Origin: Octopus bimaculoides
Taxonomy: Eukaryota
Direction of reading: 5' to 3'
Length of the DNA: 64,000 nucleotides
NCBI RefSeq assembly: GCF_001194135.2
Contig: NC_068988.1
Location: 28,477,387-28,541,386, forward strand
Part shown: piece after piece, positions 11,494 to 24,049 of the stretch
Numbering within the stretch: the stretch's first letter is position 1
Layout: each line of letters opens with the position of its first letter
Notes under the pieces: model-generated
Seen by the model: only the letters and a program-made list of their open reading frames with translations
Databases searched by the model: none
Told to the model about the DNA's origin: nothing
Program-made: the position numbers and the translations under genes

Positions 11494-11616
11494 ATGGCTG
11501 ATATAAACAGTACGTTGCTGGTAAGACATTTACCATCCCAGCTCACCAATGAAGATAAAGAAAATTTGCTCTTTCATTTTGGAGCCATCAGAGTTAAAGT
11601 GTTAGATAATTCAATG
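11494..11616 (+). CDS. RNPC3: RNPC3 (U11/U12-65K) coding exon 1, start of RRM1 (MADINSTLLVRHLPSQLTNEDKENLLFHFGAIRVKVLDNSM)
   Basis: TLLVRHLP motif; acceptor ctttcag at 11474 precedes the ATG by 19 nt, so an upstream UTR exon is implied; donor gtgagt. Confidence 0.93.
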
Positions 11617-12544
11617 GTGAGTGCTTGAATTATTTCCATTTCTCTTTTCTAGGTTGTTAGCTTGGTATAAAGGCTCAGCTGTTGCCTTATCTAGGCCATT
11701 ACATATGTAGCTGGGTTGTTCTCAGCAAGCAGCAGCAGCAGACAAAATACCACAAGGTATTTTATTGTGTCCCCTTTACATTTTTCGTGTATTACACTTG
11801 TTCTCAACCATTTTGTCACCTGTGAACCCCTTTCGTGCCTATTTTACTTGGGTGAACCCTCAGAGCCAGTCATTATTTAAACCAGCTGTGTCTGGCTCAA
11901 ACATTCTACCTGCTTTATATTCATACTGGCCAGATCCAGTGGGTGGATAGGTAAGTGTGCTTACCTTATTTTTCAAGTATTACAGGAACTCACAAAACTG
12001 AATATTCACTGCATACTTTGTAGAGTTAATCTTGAGCTGGATAGAAAACCATTTTGTTTTTTGAAAGGTACCTAATCTTGAAGATTTGGAACCCATTTGT
12101 ACTTCTCTAAATCAACATAAAATTAAAAGCATTCCATGCTTTTTGCATGCAAATCAATAGAGCACTGACTTGCATGGACTCTAATTTTTCCTCAATGAAT
12201 GTACCAGTTACCTTTGTAACTCAATGAAGCCTATCCGCAGAGAAACACCATCAGCGCCAAAGCAACCGGGAGGGGAGGTGGACATGGTATATCTATGTCG
12301 ATGACATCCACTTCAGTGACCTAGGAATTCTATGAAACTCTTGCAGCAGATATGATCTGATGACCCCATGTGTTGGTTGTCCAATTTTATCTCGTTGGCC
12401 ATTCCGACTCTTTTTTACAATTACAAAATTCTCTCAGTATTATCTTGTATCTTAACTAAGATACAATATTTCTTGTATCTTAGTTTTACATTGTCCTCCC
12501 AAACTCAAAAATATTTACACATTTATGCTTTTTTGTTTTTCTAG

Positions 12545-12592
12545 AAGCATTGTGCCTTTGCAACATTTAGTGATGAAGAAGCTGCCAAAAAT
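12545..12592 (+). CDS. RNPC3: RNPC3 exon 2 (KHCAFATFSDEEAAKN)
   Basis: tttctag/gtaagt; RNP1-like AFATF as in 65K KHTAFATF. Confidence 0.95.
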
Positions 12593-12721
12593 GTAAGTTT
12601 AAAGTATCAAATTATATACTTTTGAGCTCAAGATTTTATCTTGTTACTGTTGATGTTATCAATTAAATGATGATGATTTTAGGTTAATTAATGTTTGTTT
12701 TTTGTCACACTTAAGTCCCAA

Positions 12722-12945
12722 AAAGGCGGCGAGGTGGCAGAAACGTTAGCACGCCGGTGGTATTTCGTCTGCCGCCACGTTCTGAGTTCAAATTACGCCG
12801 AGGTCGACTTTGCCTTTCATCCTTTCGGGGTCGATTAAATAAGTACCAGTTACGCACTGGGGTCGGTATAATCGACTTAATCCATTTGTCTGTCCTTGTG
12901 TGTCCCCTCTGTGTGTAGCCCCTTGTGGGTAGTAAAGAAATAACA
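12722..12945 (+). mobile_element. Family A tRNA-derived SINE
   Basis: A-box-like tggcagaa.cgttagc and B-box-like gagttcaaattc; body ttgcctttcatcctttcggggtcgat. Other copies about 6080-6245, 7346-7812, 10200-10395(-), 20995-21210(-), 31803-32035, 36655-36850(-), 40915-41620(-), 44405-44620(-), 52375-52590(-), 63320-63710(-). Confidence 0.85.
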
Positions 12946-13534
12946 CTTAAGTCCCATTTTGCAATTCTAATGCATTTCATATTTATCACATTTGTTTTCT
13001 GTAGCAGATATGATACACATTTAAGCCATTTCTATATCATTCTCCCCGGTCACATTTGTCACATTTATGTGATATTTGTTACATCTATGCTGCATGTCAT
13101 TATTATGCCATCCTTCCATCATCCATCATAAAGCAGCGAGCTGGCTGAATCGTTAGCATGCTGGACGAAATGCTTAATGGTATTTTGCTCATTGCTACTC
13201 TCCGAGTTCAAATTCCACCGAGGTTGACTTTGCTTTTCATCCTGGTTGAAAAACAAGATTCTTAACTACATAGCCACACCTGTGCCTGTATCATTTAAAC
13301 ACATAGGATCAGATGCAGGGGGTGCAAGAGTAACCCCTAAAATTTTGTTGGGGCATTGAAAACGTTTTGAACATCCACCTGAAAAAGAATTTTGGACCTG
13401 GGTTTTGCACCTGCTTAGCAAATTTTGTTCTTGAAATTGTGTTTCAACATTTAAATTGAAAGTTGTTTTGTCTTGAAGTATTTCATATTTACATTCTGGT
13501 GTAGTTAAATTGTTTCATTCATTCATTCTTGCAG

Positions 13535-13641
13535 GCTTTAGAAAGACTCCATCAATTGCAAGTGTTGGATAAGAAACTTGTTGTAGAATTTTCCAGAAAA
13601 TCCCAGCAGGAACACTTTCCAAAATTTATTGATAATGAGAG
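13535..13641 (+). CDS. RNPC3: RNPC3 exon 3 (ALERLHQLQVLDKKLVVEFSRKSQQEHFPKFIDNE)
   Basis: ttcttgcag/gtattt; matches ALTRLHQLKLLGHTLVVEFAK. Confidence 0.93.
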
Positions 13642-14433
13642 GTATTTAACATTGAAACTATATGCATGCTCTGGAATATATTCTATAATGGTAGTAGTAG
13701 TAGGGAAGTGTTGTTTTTGTTGTTAAGTCATTGACTAGCGCTAATTGAACAGATTTATGATCAAACATGTTCAAATCATGACTATCACATCTTTTTTGTA
13801 TACTCAGGACTACACTCTCCTATGAGTCCTTCCTATTTTTAGAATAGTGAAGTATTGATTTGAGAGAGATTTGACTATTATTTCTAGTAGGTTGAGCGAC
13901 CATGTTGCTCATGGAAGAGATTTTGTTTTTCATTTTGCTCTACAAATGATTAGTTGTTAAGTCAAATGATTATACTTCACTCAGTATGTGTGTGCATGTA
14001 TATATACACAAACACACATATACATGCACACACGTGTGTGTGCATGTGCGTATGTCTATATGATGGTCTTCTTTCAGTTCACATCTATCAAATCCATTCT
14101 CAAGGCTTTGGTCATCCTGGGGTTATAACAGAAGAGACTTGCTTAAGGTGCTGTGCAGTGGAATTGAACCTAAGACCACATGGTTAGGAAGCAAGCTTCT
14201 TAAGTGCACAGACGCGAAAGGATGTTTTATCTTGATTCAGTCATTTGACTTCAGCCATGCTGGGACGCTTCCTTTTAGGAATTTTAGTCGAATGAATTGA
14301 CCCTAATACTTTTATTTTTAAGCCGGCTACTTATTTTTATCAGTATCTTTTGCTGAACTGCTAAGTTTTGGGGATGTGAACACACCAACACTGGTTGTCA
14401 AGCAGTGATGGAGGACAAACACACACATACACA

Positions 14434-14478
<45 letters not shown>

Positions 14479-14808
14479 ATATATGACTGGCTTCTTTCAG
14501 TTTCTGTCTACCAAATCCACTCAGAAGGCTTTGGTTGGCCTGAGGCTATAGTAGAAGACACTTGCCCAAGTTGCCATGCAGTGGGACTGAACCCGGTACC
14601 ATGTGGTTGGAAAGCAAGCTTCTTACCACATTGCCACTCGTCATTAGGCTCCTTAGAATAAGTGTGTTAATCTCTTCAATGTGTATTAAAATACACCATT
14701 AACATTTTATTTTTATTTGAAAAAAAATAAAGAACAAAAACTAATGAGAAGAATTATTTATGAGAAACGTATTTTAATTACGGTAATTTTTGTGTTGTTG
14801 TTTGACAG

Positions 14809-14907
14809 AAAACCACAGAAGGATGACAAAAGGAATTCTAAACAGGAAACAAGAGAGAAGAGATTTGAACCAAAACCTCACATCGATGAGGCCTATTTGA
14901 AATGGGG
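14809..14907 (+). CDS. RNPC3: RNPC3 exon 4 (KPQKDDKRNSKQETREKRFEPKPHIDEAYLKWG)
   Basis: tttgacag/gtaagt; phase 2-2 fits the neighbouring exons; poorly conserved linker. Confidence 0.85.
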
Positions 14908-15571
14908 GTAAGTTGTGTTGTTATACAGATGTTCATCATCATCATCATCATTATTATTTAATGTCAATCTTCCATACTGGCATGAGCTGGACATTTGACG
15001 GGGGCTGGTGAGCTAAAGAGCTGCACCAGGTCCCATTTCCTGCTTTGGTATGGCTTCTACGACTGGATGCCCTTAAGCTGTCATTTATATGGCACAGTGT
15101 ATTGGTTGTGGGAAATATTTTATCTGTGATGTTGGTTGTTGTGTTTATTACGAATTCAAGTTTTGTATATTGCATATATCACAATAGGCACATGCTTGGC
15201 TGTGTGGTTGAGAAGCTTGCTTGCCAACCATGTGGTCTTGGGTTCAGTCCCACTATGTGGCACCTTGGAAAACTGTCTCCTACTGTCTCCAACAGACTGG
15301 CCCTCGTGCCGGGGGTACATAAAAACACCCACTACACTCTGAGAGTGGTTGACGTTAGGAAGGGCATCCAGCTGTAGAAACCTTGCCAGATCAGATTGGA
15401 GCCTGGTGCAGCCTTCTGGTTTGCCAGTCCTCAGTCAAACTGTCCAACCCATGCCAGCATGGAAAGCAGACATTAAACAATGATGATGATGATGATATCT
15501 ATCTATCTATCTAACTTGTACACTGAATCCAACCCTAGAAACAAGTAAAATATTTATGTTTTATTTTCCAG

Positions 15572-15683
15572 CATCCAGTACTGTGCAAACCCCCGTCTCA
15601 GTTACATTTACCCACCACCAACTGTATCGATTCTTACCAACATTGCCAATGCTTTGGCATCGTGTCCAAAATTCTATGTCCAG
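15572..15683 (+). CDS. RNPC3: RNPC3 exon 5 (IQYCANPRLSYIYPPPTVSILTNIANALASCPKFYVQ)
   Basis: ttttccag/gtatga; YPPP..IL.NI.NALAS.PKFYVQ is a 65K signature. Confidence 0.97.
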
Positions 15684-15849
15684 GTATGAAATGTAGTTCA
15701 AAATCTTATTCTTGCTCTTCATCTCTTTGTCCACTCTGTGAATATTTGACATAAGAATTGGTTTTCATTTTGTACCCTTTTATTTTCATGCTGATATAAG
15801 TAGGATCACCATTGATATTTTCTCTGAAAACTAACCTTTTCTTCATCAG

Positions 15850-15918
15850 GTCCTTCATTTAATGAACAAAATGAATATTCCTGCACCGTTTGGAAGTGTT
15901 ACTCAAACTCCACCAATT
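15850..15918 (+). CDS. RNPC3: RNPC3 exon 6 (VLHLMNKMNIPAPFGSVTQTPPI)
   Basis: cttcatcag/gtaagt; VLHLMNKMN.P.PFG is a 65K signature. Confidence 0.97.
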
Positions 15919-16529
15919 GTAAGTAAATTCTTTTGTAAATCGTTTTAATACAAAATCTGGAAAATAGATCTTTCTGAAGTTTGTTTGTGTTTGTATTGGC
16001 ACATTTGGTTGTGTGAGTTTCTGCAATGTACATGTATTAGACCAGGCCTGGCCAACTCGAATTACATTGTGGCCACTTTATGCTTGTATACTGAAGAGAA
16101 TTGAAAGCATTTTGCTTTCTTATTACAATAAGGAATGAATGATCGTTGATTCAACATGAAATATTATCGTTGCTTCAACATGAAATATTACTGTTGCAAA
16201 AACAGTAGTATCTTTCTTTTTTACTCTTCTGCAAGATCGTTGCCAGTGCCGCTGGACTGGCTCCTGTGCAGGTGGCACGTAAAAAACACCATTTGAGCGT
16301 GTTCTTCCTTTTTAAGACAATAGAGCTTTATTTGAAGGAATTTGGCTGCTATATTTAGCAGGTCAAACAAGGCTGCCTTTACCGGTTCATGTAAACAGAG
16401 TAAGGTGGGAGTAGTAGTGGTGGAATTAACTTGATATAATTAACTCAAGTTTATATAAAATGTTTTGCACTATAAAATTAACTTAATATAAATATCACAC
16501 ACTTTACAGCTGTATGTTATGATTTTCAG

Positions 16530-16633
16530 CCAAATGACAGTGGACCCCAAGAGAAAGATAATTTAAGTATGGAAGAAATGGAAGTTTCAACAACTGAAGA
16601 ATCTGAGTTAGAATCAGATTCTGAAGGTCAAAG
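16530..16633 (+). CDS. RNPC3: RNPC3 exon 7 (PNDSGPQEKDNLSMEEMEVSTTEESELESDSEGQ)
   Basis: gattttcag/gtttgg; acidic SxEESExES motif; phase fits exon 8. Confidence 0.88.
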
Positions 16634-18246
16634 GTTTGGTCTTTTTTATTTATTATGATTTCTCTGAGTGGTTGGCGTTAGGAAGGGCATCCAGCTGTAG
16701 AAACTCTGCCAAATTAGATTGGAGCCTGGTGTTGCCATCCGGTTTCACCAGTCCTCTCAGTCAAATCGTCCAACCCATGCTAGCATGGAAGGCGGACGTT
16801 AAACGATGATGATAATGATGATGATGATGTTGTCTTTATTGTCATTATCATCTTCAGTGTCATTGTTGTCATTGTTGTTCGTCATCATGAAAGATCAACA
16901 AAATTATTTTTTACTCGTGTACTGGCAATCAGTTTGAATTAACTACAAATGATTAACTCTGTAAAATTGTGGCTTTGTTCCAATATAACACATCATTGTT
17001 ATTATTTAATGTTCATCTTATCCATCTTACTCTAATGACTCATTTTGTTTAATTCATGTAAAAAACCCAGGCCATAAATGTGTTCTTTTTGTATAAGTCC
17101 CTTCATCTACTGAAGATAATGTTGGACAACTGTCATGCTGATGATGTCCATTGAGCCAGAAACATGTGTCCATGGTGTCCTCTTATCTCCAGACAGCAAG
17201 CTTGTCCTTGTCCTTAGTGGCACATTGACTTCGAACAGATCTTGATTCTTGAGATTATTTCCCCTCCTCACGGGAATTACTCTTAATTGCAATTTGGTAA
17301 TTACCCTATAGAGGCTGAGACGATTTTAATAAATCAACAATTTATGTTGTATAGTAATTGATAAACCTTTATTTGTCTACGTTACTCTGAGTACTTAGTC
17401 TTTGGCTTATTCTTCCAGTATTCTCAATTTATGAAGTCCAACCCATGCCAGCATGGAAAACGGATATTAAACAATGATGATGGTGATGGCCTGAAGTACT
17501 TTACTGTGGGTTAAGGATCAGCAACTTGTTTTCATAACAGCCCCTTTTTTTCCTTTTTATGGCCTCACAGAGGCAAAGTGGCTGAGCTCCTTTTGAGTGT
17601 TGAGCTTCACGGAGGCAATGACCGAGACCTTTGGCATTATGTTGTGCTTAAAAAGAAGACCCAATAAGCCGAGCAAAATCGCAGTTGTGGCAGATACTGG
17701 TGTCAAGCAAACTGGCACCTATGCTGGTAGCACATAGACGCACCCTGGTGTCACACAAATGGCACCTGTGCCGGTGGTACATAAAAGCACCCATTACACT
17801 CTCAATGTGGTTGGCGTTAGGAAGGGTGTCCAGCCATAGAAAGCTTTGCCAAACCAGACTGGAGTCTAGCGCAGCCTTCCAGTATGCCAGCCCAGTCAAA
17901 CCGTCCAACCCATGCCAGCATGGGCAACAGATGTTAAATAATGATGATGATGATGATGATGATGATTTACTCATAGCCTACTTGTATATTTTATCATACC
18001 TTATACATGTACAAACACCCTTGCATATCCTCGTAGTTCCATGCCTGAAATGCTTATGTAAGCAAATTCTTGCTTTACATCATTATGAAGTACAGTTTTA
18101 GCAATAATTATTCTTTTAATTTCTTCATGTCTTTACTAGACCCATATCTATTGTAGCTATTTCTATAACTCTATTGAATTAAATAGTTGACTATTACAAT
18201 GGTATGAAACCAGTTTTGCAACGTCTTTCCGGTTGTTTCTTTACAG

Positions 18247-18494
18247 ACTAACTCATGCGGTGGAGCCCTCAAGAAAGCGAGTTCTAAAGAAGAGGAAGAA
18301 GCTAAAACAAGACTGGAATGCTTTGAAGCAGAGTATGACAGAATCTATTAAATTACCTTCAACCCTACCTGCGTATTCTGCTCGTGATGTTTTTGACCAG
18401 GCAAATCTACAATCAAAGAAAATCTCCATCAAGTTACCTGACACAGTTGCTGTTGAAGAACCATCTGGAGACTTAACAATAAATATGGATACAG
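18247..18494 (+). CDS. RNPC3: RNPC3 exon 8 (LTHAVEPSRKRVLKKRKKLKQ...DVFDQ...KKISIKLPD...NMDT)
   Basis: tttctttacag/gtagac; basic cluster and DVFDQ motif as in 65K. Confidence 0.92.
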
Positions 18495-19521
18495 GTAGAC
18501 ATAATGTTGCTTGACCTTCTTTTACAAGGCTTCATTGTCACCAAAGACAAAGTAAATTACAAGACTGCTTTCTGTCCATTGATCTTCATTCCTTTTTTGC
18601 CTGGTTCAGTAATGATTCCATCAGCTCACTGTCTTGCAGGGTTGCTGTGATTCGTCTCTGCAACCAATAAACTTTCTCTCTTTTATCATACTTTAACTTC
18701 TCAACACCTAACATAAAACTGCTTCTCTCTCTCTATTACATTCTCATTCAGTTAAAGGGACTCATTAGCCCTGGTGTCATGGTAAAAAAAACACTCAGTC
18801 AGCTCTGTAAAATGGCTGGAATTAGGAACAATGTTGAATTTTAGAAACAATGTCAAAGAAGACAACTGGAACATGATGCAATCCTTCAGCTTGTCTGATC
18901 CTGCCAATCCATCCAGCCCATGCCAAAATGAAAGGTGTGCATTAAACGGTGATGATGACACAGAGGAGCTAAACCAGCTTGCATATGGCAACTTCCATCA
19001 TCATTTAATGTCCACTTTTAATTGCTGGCATGGGTCAGACGGAATTTGTTGAGGCTCATTTTCTATGGCCAAATGCCCTTCCCTGTTACCAACTTCCACT
19101 GGTTTCCAAGTAAGGTAGTATTTATCCGTGGCCAGAAATGTTTTCCATGGACAACATCACTTGTTTGATAGAGAGGCTAATTAACAACCATCACATGATG
19201 CCGAGACAAGGATATACTCATGCACTCACACACACAGCAGGCTTCTTTCGGTTTCCATCTACCGAACCCATTCACAAGACTTTCATCAGCCTGGGGCTAT
19301 AGTAGAAGACACTTGCCCAAGGTGCCACACAGTGCGAGTGAATCCCAAGGCCAAATGGTTAGAAAGCTTAAAGATGTAATATTCTTAGAGTCTGTGATTT
19401 TGATGATCCAACTTTATCATTAATTAATTCTATTACTATGTCTTTCCTGTATTTCCATGTTTTTGATGTTTTTATTTACATTTTGCTACATTATATAAAA
19501 TTTCTATTTCTTTTGTATCAG

Positions 19522-19598
19522 AGACACTTAAAACAAATGAACCTGCAGACCTGGAACAAAATTCTTCAGGTTTTGGTAAGATTGCGCCTTTAGAAAAG
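19522..19598 (+). CDS. RNPC3: RNPC3 exon 9 (ETLKTNEPADLEQNSSGFGKIAPLEK)
   Basis: ttgtatcag/gtaaat; GFGKI motif. Confidence 0.92.
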
Positions 19599-21316
19599 GT
19601 AAATATTCTTCTTCATATTTTTTATTCTTATTTTTTTTCTCTTTTGCCTATTTGTTTTCTTTATCTGCCATTTGTTATCTGTGTTTCTGCATATCACCAA
19701 TTTCTTTGTAGTCCATAATCATCGTCATTATCTACTGACCGTTTTGTATGCTGGCATGACTTGGACGGTTTTACAGGGGCTGGCAAGCTGGAGGGCTGCA
19801 CCTGGCTCCATTTGTGTGCTTTAGCATGGCTTTTGTGGCCAGATGCCCTTCCTAATACCAACCACTTTACAGAGTGTACTGGGTATTTTGTATGTGGTGC
19901 CAGCATGGGCCCTTTTTATGAGCTACTTTCCTCATCAATAGTTTTTCCCTGTTATATTTGGACCGAAATTATTTTATAGATTTGCATATGTTGGACCAAT
20001 GACAATTGCTATAATAAAGAAACAAGGGATGCAAATGGAGACAGTGGAGTTAACCCCTTTCCTCAAAGGCATTGCAATGCCCACAGCAGTGTTTCACCGC
20101 CTGTTTCTACAGACTTTTGATTGGTTTAATACTTTCGCATTATCGACATTATGAAATGATTTGATACATTTAGAAATAATTACATGAGTAGAGATGTAAA
20201 TTCTGGCTCTTTTGAACCTTTTGAAAATATATTATTATTTAGGTGCAGGTATAGATGTGTGGTTCAGAAGTTTGCTTCCTAACCACATGGTTTTGGGTTC
20301 AGTTCCACCTGATGGCATCTTGAGCAAGTGTCTTTTACTAGAGCTCCAGGCCAACCAAAACCCTTATAGACAGAAACTGAAATGAGCCTATGACCGAGAC
20401 CTTTGGTGATATGCTGTGCTTCATCAAGGCGAATGAAATTGTAGTTATGGCCGTTGCTAGTGTCATGTAAATTAGTGCTACTCAAAATGGTGGTCTGTGG
20501 ACCGGTGCCGGTTTGTGAGCCATCAGCTGCCAGTACGTGGCAAGCTTCCAGAAAAGAAAGAAACGATAGCAGAATTTTAATAATTTTGCCTTATGCACTG
20601 CAGTAAGCAACTCATCAGCTTATGTGATATTGTTTACAAAATGGATATAAGATAAAAAAAATTGTCAACTTTTATTATATTCATTACATGTTATGGAGAT
20701 GTACTTGCATAGTACGTGACTTGATCTGAGATCATGTGCTGAAACAAAAACTATTGCAGCATGGAAGGTGTTTATATATTGTTTCTGGTGTAAATTGATA
20801 TTACTAAGAAATATTACCAGTCAACTGGCACATTGGTAAAAAAAAGAACTGCCAATATGCCACATCAGATAGTTTGAGAAGCACTGATGTAAATGGCACA
20901 TAAAATGCACCCATTACACTCTTGGAGTGGTTGGTAACAGCAAAGGCATCCAGCCATAGAAAATCTGCATCAGTAAATCCTTATTTCTTTACTGCCCACA
21001 AGGGGCTACACACAGAGGGGACAAACAAAGACAGACAAACGGATTAAGTCGATTATATCGACCCCAGTGCGTAACTGGTACTTATTTAATTGACCCCGAA
21101 AGGATGAAAGGCAAAGTTGACCTTGGCAGAATTTGAACTCAGAATGTAACGGCAGACGAAATACTGCTAAACATTTTGCCCGATGTGCTAACAATTCTGC
21201 CAGCTCGCAGTAAATTCTGTCTGACCCATGATGATGATGATTATCTATATAAATATATAGAAACATTTTAGCTTTTTTTTCCTTTTACCTTAGATACCTG
21301 TATTTTTTATTTTCAG

Positions 21317-21413
21317 CCGAATTTACCTGTAGAAGAGGTAGAAGATGATAAATTCAAAAACATTCAGTTTGTATCAACTGAGAAACTCCGACAAGGAAGG
21401 ATATCATCGAAAG
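21317..21413 (+). CDS. RNPC3: RNPC3 exon 10 (PNLPVEEVEDDKFKNIQFVSTEKLRQGRISSK)
   Basis: tattttcag/gtaagg; matches ISRRELEKGRIS. Confidence 0.92.
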
Positions 21414-21459
21414 GTAAGGGTTTTTGGTGTCTCATAACAGATTTAGTCATTTTTTTTTT

Positions 21460-22408
21460 ATCATCATCATCATCATCATCGTTTAACGTCCGCTTTCCAT
21501 GCTAGCATGGGTTGGACGATTTGACTGAGGACTGGTGAAACCGGATGGCAACACCAGGCTCCAGTCTGATTTGGCAGAGTTTCTACAGCTGGATGCCCTT
21601 CCTAACGCCAACCACTCAGAGAGTGTAGTGGGTGCTTTTACGTGTCACCCGCACGAAAACGGCCACGCTCGAAATGGTGTCTTTTATGTGCCNNNNNNNN
21701 NNNNNNNNNNNNNNNNNNNNNNNNNNNNNNNNNNNNNNNNNNNNNNNNNNNNNNNNNNNNNNNNNNNNNNNNNNNNNNNNNNNNNNNNNNNNNNNNNNNN
21801 NNNNNNNNNNNNNNNNNNNNNNNNNNNNNNNNNNNNNNNNNNNNNNNNNNNNNNNNNNNNNNNNNNNNNNNNNNNNNNNNNNNNNNNNNNNNNNNNNNNN
21901 NNNNNNNNNNNNNNNNNNNNNNNNNNNNNNNNNNNNNNNNNNNNNNNNNNNNNNNNNNNNNNNNNNNNNNNNNNNNNNNNNNNNNNNNNNNNNNNNNNNN
22001 NNNNNNNNNNNNNNNNNNNNNNNNNNNNNNNNNNNNNNNNNNNNNNNNNNNNNNNNNNNNNNNNNNNNNNNNNNNNNNNNNNNNNNNNNNNNNNNNNNNN
22101 NNNNNNACCACCTCAGCCCAGGTCTTCCTGGGCCTACCTCTTCCACGGGTTCCCTCAACTGTTAGGGTGTGGCACTTTTTCACGCAGCTATCCTCCTCCA
22201 TTCTCACCACATGTCCATACCAGCGCAATCGTCTCTCTTGCACGCCACAACTGATGCTTCTAATGTTCAGCTTTTCTCTCAAGATACTTACACTCTGACG
22301 GGTATTCACATTGACATTACACATCCAACGGAGCATACTGGCTTCATTCCTTGCGAGCTTACGTATGTCCTCAGCAGTTACAGCCCATGTTTCACTGCCA
22401 TGTAGCAT
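21460..22408 (-). mobile_element. 3' fragment of an RTE-clade LINE (interrupted by an assembly gap) with its (GAT)n-tailed 3' end
   Basis: Translation LHGSETWAVT...MLRWMCNV...RRLRWYGHVVRM...GRGRPRKTW is the RTE ORF C-terminus; the tail lies at about 21460-21692. Confidence 0.85.
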
Positions 22409-23284
22409 GGTTGTTCGTACGCATGCGTCATACAGTCTATATAGTCAATTCATTGAATTCATTCCATAAAAGACAGCCAAACAGTTTTGTCTTTGATAAC
22501 TTGTAACTCAAAACATGAAATCTAGTGCCAACCACTTTGAGAGTGTAGTGGGTGCTCTTGTCTTGATATTGTGTGACTGTTGTAAATAAGTGTCACTGTC
22601 ATTCATTTCCAATTTTCTGCAAACATATGTTTGGCCATAAACGAAATATTACTTTGTTTGGACACAGGTGAGGATTGGTGGCAGGAAGGGGGATCCAACT
22701 GTAGAAAATCTGCCTCAATAAACTCCATCTGATCCATGCATTCATGGAAAAGTGGATACTAAAACAAAGATGAGAAGAGCGGGACCCAAAGCTGTTTGCC
22801 AACTTGAAACTGTGGAAGACCATAAAGAGAAACAGTTATCAATAAAATAGGCTTTTTTTGATATCACAGATCAATGGTTGTCGGTAATGAAATAAATATA
22901 CACATGCTCTCAACCAAACATAGTGACACCCACAGACTAAAATAGGGAATATTTTTTGTATGACTTAAAGGATTGGTCGCTGTTTAGTTACATATTTTGG
23001 GGTTGATTATAGATTTACTTATGGAATTTATTTACTGACACTGTTGTACATAGAGTCAGTGTATTTGAAAGTTGTGGTTTCTTTGGTATGTTTGTTCCCA
23101 AACAACACTTATTTTAGTGCTGTGGACACCACCAGATTGAATGATACTGCCCAGATGTCAAAACCATAATGATATCTGTGGGGCAGCTGATGATGGGGGT
23201 ATGTTGGATTGTTGGTATGGCTGTTTGCATTTGTGGAATAGTATTATAACACACCATTTTGATATTTAATTATTTTAATTATAG

Positions 23285-23379
23285 AAATGAAAGAACTGTC
23301 AGTCTTCAAAAACTATCAACCTGGTGAACCATCAAGTCGACTTTATATAAAAAATCTTTCCAGACATGTCACTGAGGAT
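23285..23379 (+). CDS. RNPC3: RNPC3 exon 11, start of RRM2 (EMKELSVFKNYQPGEPSSRLYIKNLSRHVTED)
   Basis: attatag/gtaagt; VF..Y.PGEP..RLY.KNL signature. Confidence 0.97.
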
Positions 23380-24049
23380 GTAAGTTTACTATTTCTATAT
23401 TTTCTTTTATTTCTATATTTCTATATTTTATCTCTATATTTTCTTTTATTTTATTTCTATATTTTCTTTTATTTTGTTTTTCCCTTTGCCAGTATTAATA
23501 TAAGTAAAAGTTTGTGTATTGAGTATTACATTTCTTTTTTTTTTTTTTTTTTTTGATAGAAATATATTTAGGTGCAAGCATGACTGTGTGGTTAAGAAGC
23601 ATGCTTTGCAACCACGTGTTTTTAGGTTCAGTCCCACTGCACAGCATCTTGAACAAATGTGCTCTTCTGTAACCCTGGGCTGACCAATGTCTTGTGAGTG
23701 AATATGCTTGATAGAAACTGAAAGAAGCCTGGCATATGCATGTGTGTACCCTTGTCTAGACATCACCTGATGGTTGTAAATGAGCAGAACATGATCATCA
23801 TACAAGCAAGGTTGTTTGTGTCCTGTCTTCTGTGAATAAGATGTCTAGCTATGGAAAAATAACACTTTGTTTAGAGACAGGTAAGGGTTGGTGACAGGAA
23901 GAGCATCCAGCTGTAAAAAAAAAACTCTGCTTCAATAAACTTTGTTTGACCAATACAAGCATGGAAAAGTGGACATTGAATGATGATGATGATGGTGATG
24001 ATGACGATGATGAATAAAATAACAAAACCATTTCTTTTCTCTCTTTCAG

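Noticed and set aside
16141-16195. 24-bp tandem duplication (atcgttg.ttcaacatgaaatatt x2); also a degenerate T-rich repeat at 23390-23480
   Set aside because: Ordinary slippage duplications in introns with no further structure.
16208-16215. GTATCTTT in RNPC3 intron 6 (also at 14343)
   Set aside because: Single motifs; 14343 is a mutated SINE B position, and no partner motif or U12 branch site fits.
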